64,000 bases of DNA from an uncultured Nitrospira sp. (GCA_964556305.1 CAZKVY010000012.1:5224-69223), one strand, 5' to 3'; numbered from the stretch's first letter, positions 1-10,399 are shown. Notes: generated by a model not told the origin, from the sequence alone. Numbers and translations are program-made.

Positions 1-736
1 AGATTGTGTACTGATATCCCGATCCCAGATTCCCACACTTCCAGATATTAAAATACTCCCAGTTTCCGGCCTGTGTAGCGTCCGTGTGAATCGGATCGTT
101 GGTTTTTCCTCCTCCCCCTACTGCTGTAACATAGCGTCCATTGACGGTCTGAATGGTATTTCTCCATCCATACGAATCCATACCGAGCCTGAACATTTCC
201 CAAGAGCCGATCTGTGTCGCATCGGTATGGAGCACATCTGTCGCTTGACCACCTGGTAGGACTGGAGGTCCAGAAAGGCCTCCTCCATTAAACGCGGTGA
301 GATACGTTCCTTTTAGAGTCTGAATGATGTACTGACCCGAACCACCACTGAGGATTCGAAATTTCTCCCATGACCCAATGCCCGTCGCATCGGTGTGAAT
401 GGCATTCGTCGTCCGACCGCCCCCATCCACTGCGGTGATGAACGTCTGCTTCACCATGGTCCGTATGACAAACTCTCCTGGCAGGGGGGGCGGAGGCGGT
501 AGCGCAGGGGGCTGAATGGGCCGAACCGGCATGGAGGTGATCGCACCAGGGGCAACGCGCGAGGGAACCGCCCGTTCTTGTATAACCGGCTCCCCATCTT
601 CCATCGTGACTGCAGACGATGGGATCGCTGAGCTGTCAGAAGAGGGTTTACTTGGGTCCGCCGTGCATGCCGCCAGGCCCAAAACAACCCAAGCCAAAAT
701 CCACAACTCAATGAGTCCGACTCGATGGTGCCGCAT
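1..736 (-). CDS. Lipoprotein with Pro-rich linker and fascin-like beta-trefoil repeats (3' end beyond window edge)
   Basis: Translated by hand; absent from the ORF track because it has no stop in the window. Open frame from ATG 736: MRHHRVGLIELWILAWVVLGLAAC (lipobox LAAC), PPALPPPPPLP linker, then 3 repeats of TA.xGGG...(I/L)HTDAT.(I/A)G(S/N)WE.F. Confidence 0.8.
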   Translation of the reverse strand, partial: MRHHRVGLIELWILAWVVLGLAACTADPSKPSSDSSAIPSSAVTMEDGEPVIQERAVPSRVAPGAITSMPVRPIQPPALPPPPPLPGEFVIRTMVKQTFITAVDGGGRTTNAIHTDATGIGSWEKFRILSGGSGQYIIQTLKGTYLTAFNGGGLSGPPVLPGGQATDVLHTDATQIGSWEMFRLGMDSYGWRNTIQTVNGRYVTAVGGGGKTNDPIHTDATQAGNWEYFNIWKCGNLGSGYQYTI

Positions 737-914
737 GCTGCGCCTCATTGAACGGATAGATGTTGAATGCTTAGACTATTGTTTCCTATTACGCCTGTCC
801 GTCGAGTACAGAGTTGAAAGGGTTCAAGCGGAGTGGGAAATGGTAAACGATTGATGGGAGCGGGCGGGGTAGCACGAACATAGGGCAACTCCTGCGAGCG
901 CAGAAAATCTATCG

Positions 915-1174
915 TCACTTCGCTGTTGTCGGGGCCAAAGGTTCGAGCGGCAAATATTCTTTCCAGCGGCCGTTGTCGCAGATGTAGGTCTTGCCATTTT
1001 CCAGTGTCGCGGTCTTGCCGGAGTCGCGCACTTGGTCGCCGGAGTAGCATTTTTTGGCTTTGGCTTCGGAACCTTGTAGTGTTTCTTCGGATCGTCCGCA
1101 AGCGCCATCCCCAATGTCCCCATCGACAACGCTAAGTTCAACACGACCACTATCAATGTTGTGGTACGCATCAT
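915..1174 (-). pseudogene. Small secreted two-Cys protein split by an apparent frameshift in an A6 run
   Basis: RBS AAGGAG then MMRTTTLIVVVLNLALSMGTLGMALA-DDPKK (signal peptide). The plausible mature part KCYSGDQVRDSGKTATLENGKTYICDNGRW...TAK* is in another frame. The frames join at the T6 run at 1050-1055. Confidence 0.5.
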
Positions 1175-1332
1175 GGGCTCCTTGGTCTCTAGGTTTGAGA
1201 CGCACACAACCGATTCTGGCGGGAACAGTAGCGTCGGACCACGGAGTTGTCAATGCACTCATGGAGGCTCGTCGCCCGTTACACCTGCGGCGGGAGCAGA
1301 CAGATACGGAGTGATTCTTACTGGGCACCGTC

Positions 1333-1354
1333 TGTGCTATTTTTGTGCTACTTT
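1333..1354 (+). repeat. Tandem 11-bp direct repeat (tgtgctatttt / tgtgctacttt), candidate integrase arm-type sites
   Basis: Seen in sequence about 130 bp left of the tRNA-Lys fragment. The arm-site role is inferred from position. Confidence 0.45.
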
Positions 1355-1406
1355 TCTTCAAAACGGGCAGAACCCAATAGAATTAATAGACGATATAGAA
1401 TGGGTT

Positions 1407-1419
1407 CAAGATATTGATT
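1407..1419 (-). promoter_or_regulatory. IHF consensus site left of att core
   Basis: Reverse complement AATCAATATCTTG is an exact match to WATCAANNNNTTR. Confidence 0.55.
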
Positions 1420-1482
1420 CTTCGAGCAAAGATGGGGAAACCTTCGCAACAACGAACCTTTGCAAAAAATGGCCTTTTTACG

Positions 1483-1527
1483 CTCTTAATCAGCGGGCCG
1501 TAGGTTCGACCCCTACACGGCCCACCA
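1483..1527 (+). mobile_element. att core: 3' half of tRNA-Lys(CTT) from the anticodon loop to CCA (not an intact tRNA)
   Basis: ctcttaatcagcgggccgtaggttcgacccctacacggcccacca gives the CTT anticodon loop, T-arm (GTTCGA) and acceptor 3' strand with CCA. No D-arm or 5' acceptor strand lies upstream. Confidence 0.85.
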
Positions 1528-1531
1528 AAAC

Positions 1532-1544
1532 AATCAACTCCTTA
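1532..1544 (+). promoter_or_regulatory. IHF consensus site immediately right of att core
   Basis: AATCAACTCCTTA is an exact match to WATCAANNNNTTR. Confidence 0.6.
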
Positions 1545-1588
1545 CACGGAAATCGAGACACCGCTACCCATAAGGTGGAGGCAGGTGT

Positions 1589-1801
1589 TCATACCGTGTT
1601 AGCGCTGTCTACCACGTTCACCCGATGGACCTGCCGACTCGGGTTCCAGCGAGCATAATACTTCAACGAGATCGTCGGCTTCGTGTGCCCGAGTTGGTGA
1701 CTGACACAGAGCAAGGGCACATCTGAGGAGAGGAGCACGGAGGCGAAGGTGTGGCGCACCCCGTACACACGGAACCTCGGCAACCCAGCTCCATCAAGCA
1801 C
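1589..1801 (-). pseudogene. Tyrosine integrase C-terminal remnant
   Basis: RVYGVRHTFASVLL...VSHQLGH...ISLKYYARW retains the R-H, LGH and catalytic Tyr boxes. An in-frame stop lies a few codons upstream and no N-terminal domain is found. Confidence 0.85.
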
Positions 1802-2662
1802 GCGGCAGGCGGGAACCCATTACACGCGTGATCGAATACAATTTGAACCCCTCGATCAGCCTGGAGACAAATTACCCGGGAGGATCTGTTCGAAATAAAT
1901 ACTTCTCTAAAGTTAATAACTCTGGACCCTCGCAAGCTCCTCACCCCGCACTCCCAAGACGCCTCATGATTCGCTTTGCCACAAGGCCCCATGCCATCTT
2001 CCCTGTTCTCCTCAACGACGCGATTGATGAGATGATCGAGAAATAGAACTTGACCTAGCCGAGATGAGCAGCAGCAGGCATTTGAATCGCTCATACCGAG
2101 CAGTGGCAAAGCCTTGGTTGCAAGAGGCCAACCACGAACTTCGCGCGCTGCAGGCCCCAGTAGCGTAGACGGTGCGGTACAAGCCCACCGACTATCACTG
2201 GCTGCTGCTCTATGAGGTGCTGGAAGTCTACAGCGATGGGGCCATGAGATGCTCACGGCCGTGTGTGCGAATTTTTTTGAATTCATCACATTGATTTTGA
2301 CCTGCTGGTCGAGCTGTTCTTTTGACTTCTCGGCGAGGAGATTCCGGACCTGCCGCTCGACGCACGCGAGCGCTTAAACATATCCCCGGAAACATTCGGG
2401 CTCACAGCGGGCATGAAACTGCATCCGGAGGAACTTGCGCTACGGGTCTGTGGCGTAGAATAGTGAAAGGGTTCGATGCGCAGGGATGCATTGTCCTCTT
2501 CCCGGGATCGACAACGTACTCGTCCTGTGCTGATGTACATGGGAACTAGGGGGCACCCTACTTGAGAAAACCGGGAATTATGCCCACAAGATTATTGACA
2601 CCTTGTAAGTGAATGCCAAGCGTCCTACCTTTGCCCTAATGCGACGCTGAAAAGGAAGGGCC

Positions 2663-2965
2663 ATGGATGATAGGAGCAGCAACAGGAGAGAGCTGATCGA
2701 GACCTACCTGGCTGCATACAAGTTTTGTGATATCCGGTCTCGCGATGAGATCAATCTCCATTTCTGCATGAACGCCGAAGGCGCCCGCTATGACCTGGCG
2801 GTCGAACGTGAATGGCTCGACCTGACGTCAGACAGGACCATTGCGGAAAGATTGGACGGACTTGAACTCGTTCCGTTTCTGCGCCGGAACAAGGCCGCGT
2901 GGGTCGGCGTCACCGCCACTGGCCAAGAGGTCATTACCCACATGGAGCCGGATGCCAAGTCGTAG
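2663..2965 (+). CDS. Hypothetical protein (100 aa)
   Basis: ATG preceded by AAGGAAGG; protein-like composition; no recognisable domain. Confidence 0.55.
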   Translation: MDDRSSNRRELIETYLAAYKFCDIRSRDEINLHFCMNAEGARYDLAVEREWLDLTSDRTIAERLDGLELVPFLRRNKAAWVGVTATGQEVITHMEPDAKS

Positions 2966-3082
2966 CGCAACTGGCGCGATGTGCGAGCGAGCCCTGCTGA
3001 TAAAGCGTCTCTGACGAATATCGATCCCATCACCTCATACGATCCTGAGGCGGTTGCCATTTTTGAACTGAGCTCGAGTACG

Positions 3083-3517
3083 ATGAAATTGGGTCTCGTC
3101 ATTTTCTGGGCACTTTGGCTTGGATTGGTGCTGTTGAACAATGTGCTCGATGGATTACGAGCACTTCGAGTTGTGCCTCCATACTGGAAATTCGCATCGA
3201 ATAACTTGCAGGTCATTCGAGAAGCGGCCGGACGCTATCAAGTCCCCCGTTGGTTGCCAGAGGTGCTCTTTCTGGGAGTGGTCTTGTGGGAGCTTGGAGT
3301 ACTGATACTGTTTGGTCTGGTTGTGGTGCGATCACTCACCACAGAAGAGCTGGCGTTGGGCACAATCAATGCTGCCTTTGCAGGCAGTATCGCTCTTCTG
3401 GCCGCCTTTATCATCGCCGATGAAATCTTTCAGCTGTACGATTTGGAGCATACTCACGTTCTATTGCTGATCGCGCAGGTCGTGACAGTACTCGCTGTCC
3501 ATCTGGTGCCCGCCTGA
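3083..3517 (+). CDS. Integral membrane protein (about 4 TM)
   Basis: Four hydrophobic segments with embedded polar motifs (NNVLD, WE, ADE, EHTH); start chosen at MKLGLV. Confidence 0.7.
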   Translation: MKLGLVIFWALWLGLVLLNNVLDGLRALRVVPPYWKFASNNLQVIREAAGRYQVPRWLPEVLFLGVVLWELGVLILFGLVVVRSLTTEELALGTINAAFAGSIALLAAFIIADEIFQLYDLEHTHVLLLIAQVVTVLAVHLVPA

Positions 3518-3648
3518 GAAGGCTCACTCGTGCCAGAACAATGACAGGTCGGGGCAACTCGAGCTTTCAAGCTGTAAGCTGTAAGGCCCCCGTCGTACAA
3601 CTACAGCGCATAGAAAGGGCATGTGTGATTAAGACGCTCGTCGATACG

Positions 3649-3873
3649 ATGGCTTTTCTGATCCTCGGCCTAGCGGGCCTGGCCGTCATGTATGGACTGT
3701 TCGCATTCATGGTGGTCGCTTGGGTGTGGCTCGATGATCGGGCGCTTCTTTGGCATGCGGGAGTCGGCTTGGTGATGGTGAGTTGGTCTGCCCATCACGT
3801 TCTCAAAGTGTTGCGGGAGCCTGAAGGGGATGCGTCAGTTGAATCGGAATTTGTGAGACGGCCACCGCTCTAG
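3649..3873 (+). CDS. Small two-TM membrane protein
   Basis: MAFLILGLAGLAVMYGLFAFMVVAWVWL... has two hydrophobic helices. Confidence 0.45.
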   Translation: MAFLILGLAGLAVMYGLFAFMVVAWVWLDDRALLWHAGVGLVMVSWSAHHVLKVLREPEGDASVESEFVRRPPL

Positions 3874-4711
3874 AGGGTCTATGCGACCTTCGCTCATGGC
3901 ATCCGTGTGATGGGTCGAAGCACTCTGGTGAGGAATTGACTAATCGCTTCCGCGTGGAATTCGTGAGAGGACGAGAGATATGCGTTACGAGGTACTAGCC
4001 CAGGTGCTAGACTGCGCCTATGAAGCCGCCAGCACACACCGACGCTCACCAGTTCCCCGTGCCCTACCTCCTGCCACTGCACTTCTTGTGCATAGGTGGG
4101 AACCGGGATATTAAGGCTCACAGACCCACTTCAGGGACTCGAGGGATCATCCTTTGAGGTGTGCGCGGAACGGTAGGGGAGCACTATCCACAACACTCCA
4201 AGTATTCCTGCGAGCGTCAGGGCCGAACCCCCACCCTGTGCTGCCCAGAATCATCGTCGCGACGAGGTAAAAATCGAGGCTGATACATGACAGGCCCGCG
4301 GCGGTCCTATCCCCTCCACACTGCCGGATGGCAGCCCCGGAGTCACTACGAGTGTGCCGAGGGACACCGATTCCATCTCGGTTCGGGGACGCCCGCTTCT
4401 CCTGCGATTGTGCTCAGGAAAAGGGCCGCACGGGGGGAGGCTGCGCCCGAGACGGACATTAACTACAGTGCCCCCACATAAGTGCTTCCAAACTTCATAG
4501 GTCATAGTGATTCGCCTACGAGTTGGGCATCGACGCTAACTGCTCGAGTCGTATCTCATCTTGCATAACTTCCGTGTCATTTCGTTGGGGAAATCGATGA
4601 CGTGACGATTGGGGCAACGGGCCGACGATCGAGAGTACTGTTTGCGAATTGAAGCCCTGAAGGTTCCGCCTCGACACTGTTGGAATAGACCTCGCCAGGA
4701 AGGAGGAACCT

Positions 4712-7030
4712 ATGTAGAGAACTCCTTCTGCAGGGATGACATCTGCCAGCCAGCATTCTGTACAATTCCTCCTAAGCGAAGGGCTCGTGCAAGCTGATTG
4801 CCTGGTAACCCTTGCGACCTCCTTCCGAGACGTTGGAGCCACCATGTCTACACCCAATCCTTACCTGCGTTTTGCGTCGCCCCACATCGTGCAGTGCTTC
4901 GAACAGGATGCGACGTTTATCGAGAGATTACAGGAGTACCTCGATGCAGGGATGAGCCGTGGCGACTCAGTATTACTCTTTGCGACGCCCGCGCACGTTG
5001 ATGCGCTCGCCCTGCTGGGTGTCGGCTCTCCTCCCCGCGATGTCGCATTTTGGATGCGGCGCAAATGCTGCAGCAATTCTTCAATGCACCGAAATTGGCT
5101 GGAGAGCAATTCCGGTTGGTGGTGGACACATTGTGCGAAGACGTGACCGAGCGAGGCACGGGACGTATCCGAATCTTTAGCGATCTCATGGCCTTGTTGT
5201 AAGAGAGGGGCGCCACCGAAGCGGCTATGCAGCTCGAATCTTTATGGAATCAATTGGCTATGCGCTACCCCCTCTCGCTTGTCTGTACCTACCCCACGCA
5301 AGATGCGTCCGAGCGGACGCGGTCCTTCATGGCTCAGTGGGAAGGCGAATGCGACCAGAGTCGGCTCCTGACCGCACTCCAGCAGAAAGGGGCGGCTTGG
5401 GAAGTGGAGGTCGCTCGACGGCGAGAACTTGAACGACACCTGGGACAGCGTGACGCGGAGCTCGCCGTTTTTTTTGAGCAAGCGGCAGAATGCCTCCCCC
5501 AGGTGGGCACTGATGGCATTATTATCTGGGCCAACAGCTCTGAAATGAGAATGTTGGGTTATGAGCCGCATGAATACATTGGCCGACATATCTCCGCGTT
5601 CCACGTCGATCAAGATGTCATCGACGACATCTTGACCCGCCTCCTGCGCGGAGAACAGCTCTATAACTATCCGGCCCGATTACGGTGCAAGGATGGGTCT
5701 GTCAGAAACGTCTTGATTCATTCTAATGTTCGCTGGGACGAAGGCCGGATGAGCTACACCCGCTGCTTCACGCGTGACATTACGGAACAGAAGGCGATTG
5801 AAGCCGAGTTGGACCGACGAGTGGCGGATCGCACACAGGAATTAGTCGACGCGCAACAAAAACTGAGAATGCTCGCGGCAGACTTGAGCTTAGCTGAAGG
5901 ACGGGTGCGCAAGACGCTGGCGAGGGAGCTGCACGATTATCTGGCACAGCTCCTCATCGTCGTCCGCATGAAGTTAGCGCACATTTCGCGAGAAGCGAGA
6001 GAGCGCGACACGCTGCTCCCCTTGATCGACGATGTAGACAAGGTCCTTGATGAAGCGATCACCTATACACGCTCCTTGATGGCCGAATTAAACCTGCCTA
6101 TTCTCGAGTTTGAGTTGGAGATGGGACTGAAATGGTTGGCCGATAAATTCAAAAGCCATCATTTGCAGGTGAGCGTTGTGGTGCCCGATACGTTGAATGT
6201 CCATCTCTCCGAGACGCACACGGCCTTCCTATTTCAATGTGCGCGCGAATTGCTGATGAACGTGGTGAAACATGCCAAGACGGAGACGGCGGCCATCATC
6301 TTGACATGATGCCAAGACCCTTTCCCTCCAGGTTTCCGATGAGGGAAAAGGATTTGGGCCTGCCAGTATGCCCAGCCGACTGGCCACTGATCAGGGCCTC
6401 ACCCAATTCGGCCTCTTTAGCATTCGAGAACGGACAGGAGCGCTCGGGGGGCGGTTCGAGGTGCGATCAGCGCCCAATCAAGGCACGCATGCAAAATTAA
6501 TCACTCCGCTCTCCGAGCTCGCCCCTACGCCACCAGGGGCACAAGTGACTGAGCGGCCTCCTGCCCTCAAGAAGGAGGCATCCCTCACTGCTGGAGGATC
6601 CGGCCTGCGCGTGCTCTTGGTGGAGGACCACGCGATGGTCAGAGAGGGGTTGCGCGGGATCTTCGAGGGGTATTCGGATTTCTCCGTCGTCGGAGAGGCG
6701 GTGGATGGAGAGGACGCCATCGTGCAAACCGAGCGGTTGTCTCCCGATGTCGTCGTCATGGACGTGAATCTTCCGAAGCTCGACGGCATCTCAGCTACAA
6801 AACGGATTAAGGCTGCCTTCCCCAAGACCATTATCATTGGGCTCTCCGTGCATCAGGCGAGTCAGGTCGAAGCCGGCTTCAGGAAAGCGGGAGGCTCGGC
6901 CTATGTCACCAAAGATGCGGCGGCTGTATCTCTCTACGAAGCGATTCGCCAAGCGGTGCGGGATGAGCGACCAGGGGATGTCCTGTTTCAGAAGGGGCGC
7001 ACAAGCAATTCCTCGACGCCAGAAAGCTAA
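4712..7030 (+). pseudogene. Degraded MEDS-PAS-HisKA_3-HATPase-REC hybrid sensor kinase
   Basis: RBS AGGAGG + ATG 4712, then TAG at 4715. MEDS motifs (HIVQCF, LDAAQML, RIFSDLMALL, LESLWNQL..YPLSLVCTYP) carry a frameshift near 5050 and TAA at 5200. PAS and ARELHD (H-box) lie in 5227-6309. A frameshift near 6305 separates ELLMNVVKHA from SDEGKGF/FGLFSIRER and the NarL-type REC (VVVMDVNLP). Confidence 0.85.
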
Positions 7031-8433
7031 TTGCACGATGCTCGACTCACGAGCCGCCAGTTCCCTTCCTGCGTCAACGACGGTGAAACTAGCGGTGATA
7101 ATTGATCTCCTATTTGAACTACCCTGCTTCGATCTTCGGCGCAACCAAGACTTGAATGATTGATGAAGTCCCGCGCTTGGAGAGGTTGCGGCACTGACAA
7201 AGCCCATCAGTCCGAAGGAGCAACGTGGGATGAACCCGTTGGACGGAGAGGCCCCGACACGTTTCCTGGCCCCCTCCCTTGAGCGGCTTCTTACACAATA
7301 TTGCGGAAGGAAGGGACTAAACTATGAAATGCTCTCGATGCGGAGGATACCTGGCAGAAGAACCATCAAACGATTTTTATTGTCCGGAGGGTCGGTGGCG
7401 ATGCGTCAATTGCGGAGTTCGCAAGGCCCACCATTCTCGTGGCTCCCGTCGATCTATAGATTTATGACTGCCCCCGATGCCGACATCAGAACTTGGTCCC
7501 GACCGGAGGATTTTTGTATTGCGGACAATGATGACTATGCCATCACCGCCTATGCCTTAGCCGTCGAACAACGATCGCGCAACGCGTCGCGCACCTCGAA
7601 GCACTGACCTACCAAGCTAATGCACGGTGATTTCAAAAATTTCACCATCCATTATGCACGGGGGGAAAGCGTACTCGACCAAGCCACCTTATCTCACCTT
7701 TCATGCCCTTGGCTACGTGATATCGCTTGAGCTCACTCCTTCAGTGCGACTAGCTCCTGCGTTCAATCTAATCAGCTAAATTACTGGTGCCGCCCCCTAA
7801 TAACTTCCTACCTGCATGCTACCCCACGGACGCCAGACTCCAGCCAGTGAGCCTGGCCCCACCTCCACACCTTCTCGAGGCCGCAACTCATTGCGCCCGC
7901 ACTTGGCCTTGGTATCCGAACGGATTCATCATTATCGGATCGGATACAACCTACATACTCAAGCAAGACGACATACACTTGCCGAGACAGTACGAATGGT
8001 CAATCCAAAGGAATTTGAGCCTTCGCACATGGCCTCTAAGCGATTGCTGAGTGGTACGCGAGTTGCTATTCATGAGGACATAACATGTAAATTGATGGGA
8101 TAGCATGGCGACAAAGAAAGCGAGGGCATCATGATCTGGGCCATAATAATTGCCGGAACTTATGTAGCAGGAATTTACGTTATTCGCTTGGTATGGTGGC
8201 AGGAGTGACAAATTCTCAGGTGCAGTGCGGTCGAAGGAAATACGCAGGCTCTCTGCGCTACACCCCGCTTGACTTAACTCACTATACGGGGTATCGGGAC
8301 CGGTTATCCTGCATGGCAACACAGATTCACCCTGAGAGCAACCTCTGCACGGATATCCCCGACCCATCCGCGTCGGACTGATAACCCTGGGGCAGTGTAA
8401 TTTTTGTCAAAAGTTCTCTCCGCAGATCACCCT

Positions 8434-8604
8434 ATGCCCATCGCGGCTGCTACCGAGACCTCGCATTGTTGCCCGCTTTGCGCCGGAATCGCGCGTCGCT
8501 CTGAACGCCGTGGGTGGCGCGATTACTTTTGGTATCTCCTGGGTCGCTTTCCCTGGCGGTGTCGATCCTGCAGTTATCGCTTCCATGCTGCCAGCCGAGA
8601 GTAA
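8434..8604 (+). CDS. Small Zn-finger-like protein
   Basis: CPLC...RRSERRGWRD...FPWRCRSCSYRF contains two CxxC pairs in 56 aa. Confidence 0.6.
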   Translation: MPIAAATETSHCCPLCAGIARRSERRGWRDYFWYLLGRFPWRCRSCSYRFHAASRE

Positions 8605-8697
8605 GTTCCTCTTCAGTGGTCCTGGTACCAGTTTGATAAGCCACACTGGTGCAGCCCCTCTAACGTGGGATGTTACGGTCTCTCTGGCAGCATTACA

Positions 8698-9081
8698 ATG
8701 CCCTCCATGCAGTTACATCTATCATCACCACGAACGTCGCGCGTCCGTCCCTCTCCTTCAGAAACCTCCCTCTCTTTTCAACGTTCCCGAGATCGGCTGG
8801 GAATTGTCTGTCCTGTCATGTTCGCCGGTGCCAGATTCATTGGAGAAGGGAGTGTGCTGAATCTGTCACTAGATGGATGCCTTCTGGAAGGGGAGCGGAC
8901 CATACTGGGTGGCAGCTATCTGACGGTACGGCTCCTGCTGCCTGACAATGCCCGTGCGCTGGTAGTAGAACTCGCGGCCGTCCGCTGGGTTCGCACGCAA
9001 TATTTCGGCCTCGAATTTCTCCGGCTACCCGCTCTGGAACTCAGCCGCCTTGAGCACTTCTTGAGTGCCCACCGTTGGTGA
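8698..9081 (+). CDS. PilZ domain protein (c-di-GMP receptor candidate)
   Basis: RxxxR (RSRDR) and NLSxxG (NLSLDG) motifs; C-terminal VRW...FGLEF. Confidence 0.85.
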   Translation: MPSMQLHLSSPRTSRVRPSPSETSLSFQRSRDRLGIVCPVMFAGARFIGEGSVLNLSLDGCLLEGERTILGGSYLTVRLLLPDNARALVVELAAVRWVRTQYFGLEFLRLPALELSRLEHFLSAHRW

Positions 9082-9263
9082 ACTTCCGCTCACTACATAT
9101 CAACGGCGTTTCCTCTGTGATAGCAGTGGAGCTGCTGGAATTCTAGCCCAACGTGGAGCCAATCGCTCCCGTATAACTGGAGGGGGGGTCTGAAATACTG
9201 CAACAATAATAGTACTTGGAAGAAACTATGTCCGCGAAGCCCAGACGGATTCGGACCCACGCC

Positions 9264-9710
9264 TCATTTCTCGCCGAATGAACGCACATACATTAGCACC
9301 TGCCAGGCCTCTTCTTCCGTCAGGACCAAGGGAATGAAGGAGGCCATATCTGTCCCGGGGCTCCCATTTTTTAGAATCCAGAATAATTCGCCGTCCGTGC
9401 GTGCCTGCTGCCACATCTTGTCCGTGAAATTTCGTGGAAGCGGGCCCTTAAACGTTGAATAGTCCAAATCCATACCTAGGCCCTTCCCATCAGCCCCATG
9501 ACAGGCACGACAGAAGGCTTTTCCTTCAAACAGAGCCTTGCCTTTCTCGCGTATGTCCGGCGTCACAGGAAACGGATTCGTCACCATCCGCGCCGATTCT
9601 CTCTGATCGATCGGCACGCGAGGACGCAACACCTCGGAATCCGCTGGCCAGGCCGCGGCCCCCATGCCGACAAAAGCCCAGGCAAGAAGAAAGAGGCGTC
9701 CGGCTTTCAT
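9264..9710 (-). CDS. Periplasmic monoheme cytochrome c
   Basis: Signal peptide, CRACH heme motif, PRNFT...GELFWILKNG..GTDM (Met ligand). Confidence 0.9.
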   Translation of the reverse strand: MKAGRLFLLAWAFVGMGAAAWPADSEVLRPRVPIDQRESARMVTNPFPVTPDIREKGKALFEGKAFCRACHGADGKGLGMDLDYSTFKGPLPRNFTDKMWQQARTDGELFWILKNGSPGTDMASFIPLVLTEEEAWQVLMYVRSFGEK

Positions 9711-9797
9711 CCCAGCATCTTCCTTTCTACAAAAAATCACAGGCGGAGAAGGCACAGAAGTGTGCCCCCCCCCGCCCGGCAACTTCAGACACCCTGC

Positions 9798-10346
9798 TTA
9801 CTCAGTTCGATGCTTGTGCCCAACGGACTGTGGATGCCCTACTTCTCCATTCGGCGCCTTCGCTCCGTCCGGCCAGAGATGAAAAATGATGCCGTCGGTC
9901 TTCGCCGCGACCGCAGCAACTTCTTTGGCCTGCGCATCCGGCATATCCAGAATCTGAACACGACCGGTGGCAATTTCCACCTCATGATCGTGGTAGTACT
10001 TATTCCAGATGTCCAACGGAACATGAGCCCGCGAGACGGACTTCGCCACAAAGTATTCGATGTCGGTCAGCAAGGCGTTCGAATCCGTTGATTCAAATAA
10101 TAAGCACTGCAAGATCTCAGGTGAGATCGGCTTACAATAGTGATGATACGGACCATGTACCGACCCGTCTTCAAATTTATGAGGGGCCATCACGTGGATG
10201 GTATACCCCTGGGCGGGTGTCGGCATGGCCTTCGCCGCCGCCGGAGCAGCCGCGGCCGTGGACTTTCTTTCGTGGGACGTTTCGGCACAGCCGGCAACCG
10301 TAAAAGCAGCCGCGCACAACCCGATCATCGCAATCGCATTTCGCAT
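9798..10346 (-). CDS. DUF1264/OBAP-like His-rich lipoprotein (paralogue 1)
   Basis: Lipobox VAGC; HHYC...QCLLFES...EY...HDHEVE...HLW pattern matches the DUF1264 family as recalled; RBS AAGGAGG. Confidence 0.75.
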   Translation of the reverse strand: MRNAIAMIGLCAAAFTVAGCAETSHERKSTAAAAPAAAKAMPTPAQGYTIHVMAPHKFEDGSVHGPYHHYCKPISPEILQCLLFESTDSNALLTDIEYFVAKSVSRAHVPLDIWNKYYHDHEVEIATGRVQILDMPDAQAKEVAAVAAKTDGIIFHLWPDGAKAPNGEVGHPQSVGHKHRTE

Positions 10347-10399
10347 AATGGCCTCCTTACCACAGGTCAACAGATCGCCGATCTCTCATACAAGCACTA

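Noticed and set aside
1483-1527. Functional tRNA-Lys gene
   Set aside because: Only the anticodon loop to CCA is present; the upstream sequence has no D-arm or 5' acceptor strand.
1161-2289. ORFs 1161-1658 (+) and 1663-2289 (-) as genes
   Set aside because: They run across the att site and integrase remnant, have no motifs and show no protein-like composition; probably chance frames.
7423-7433. ggcccacca as a second att copy ending the older island
   Set aside because: Only 9 bp match the tRNA 3' end, which is expected by chance.
7030-8400. ORFs 7230-7607, 7787-8050, 7816-8103 and 7951-8367
   Set aside because: Mutually overlapping, weak starts and no recognisable domain; may be decayed island DNA, but no call is supportable.
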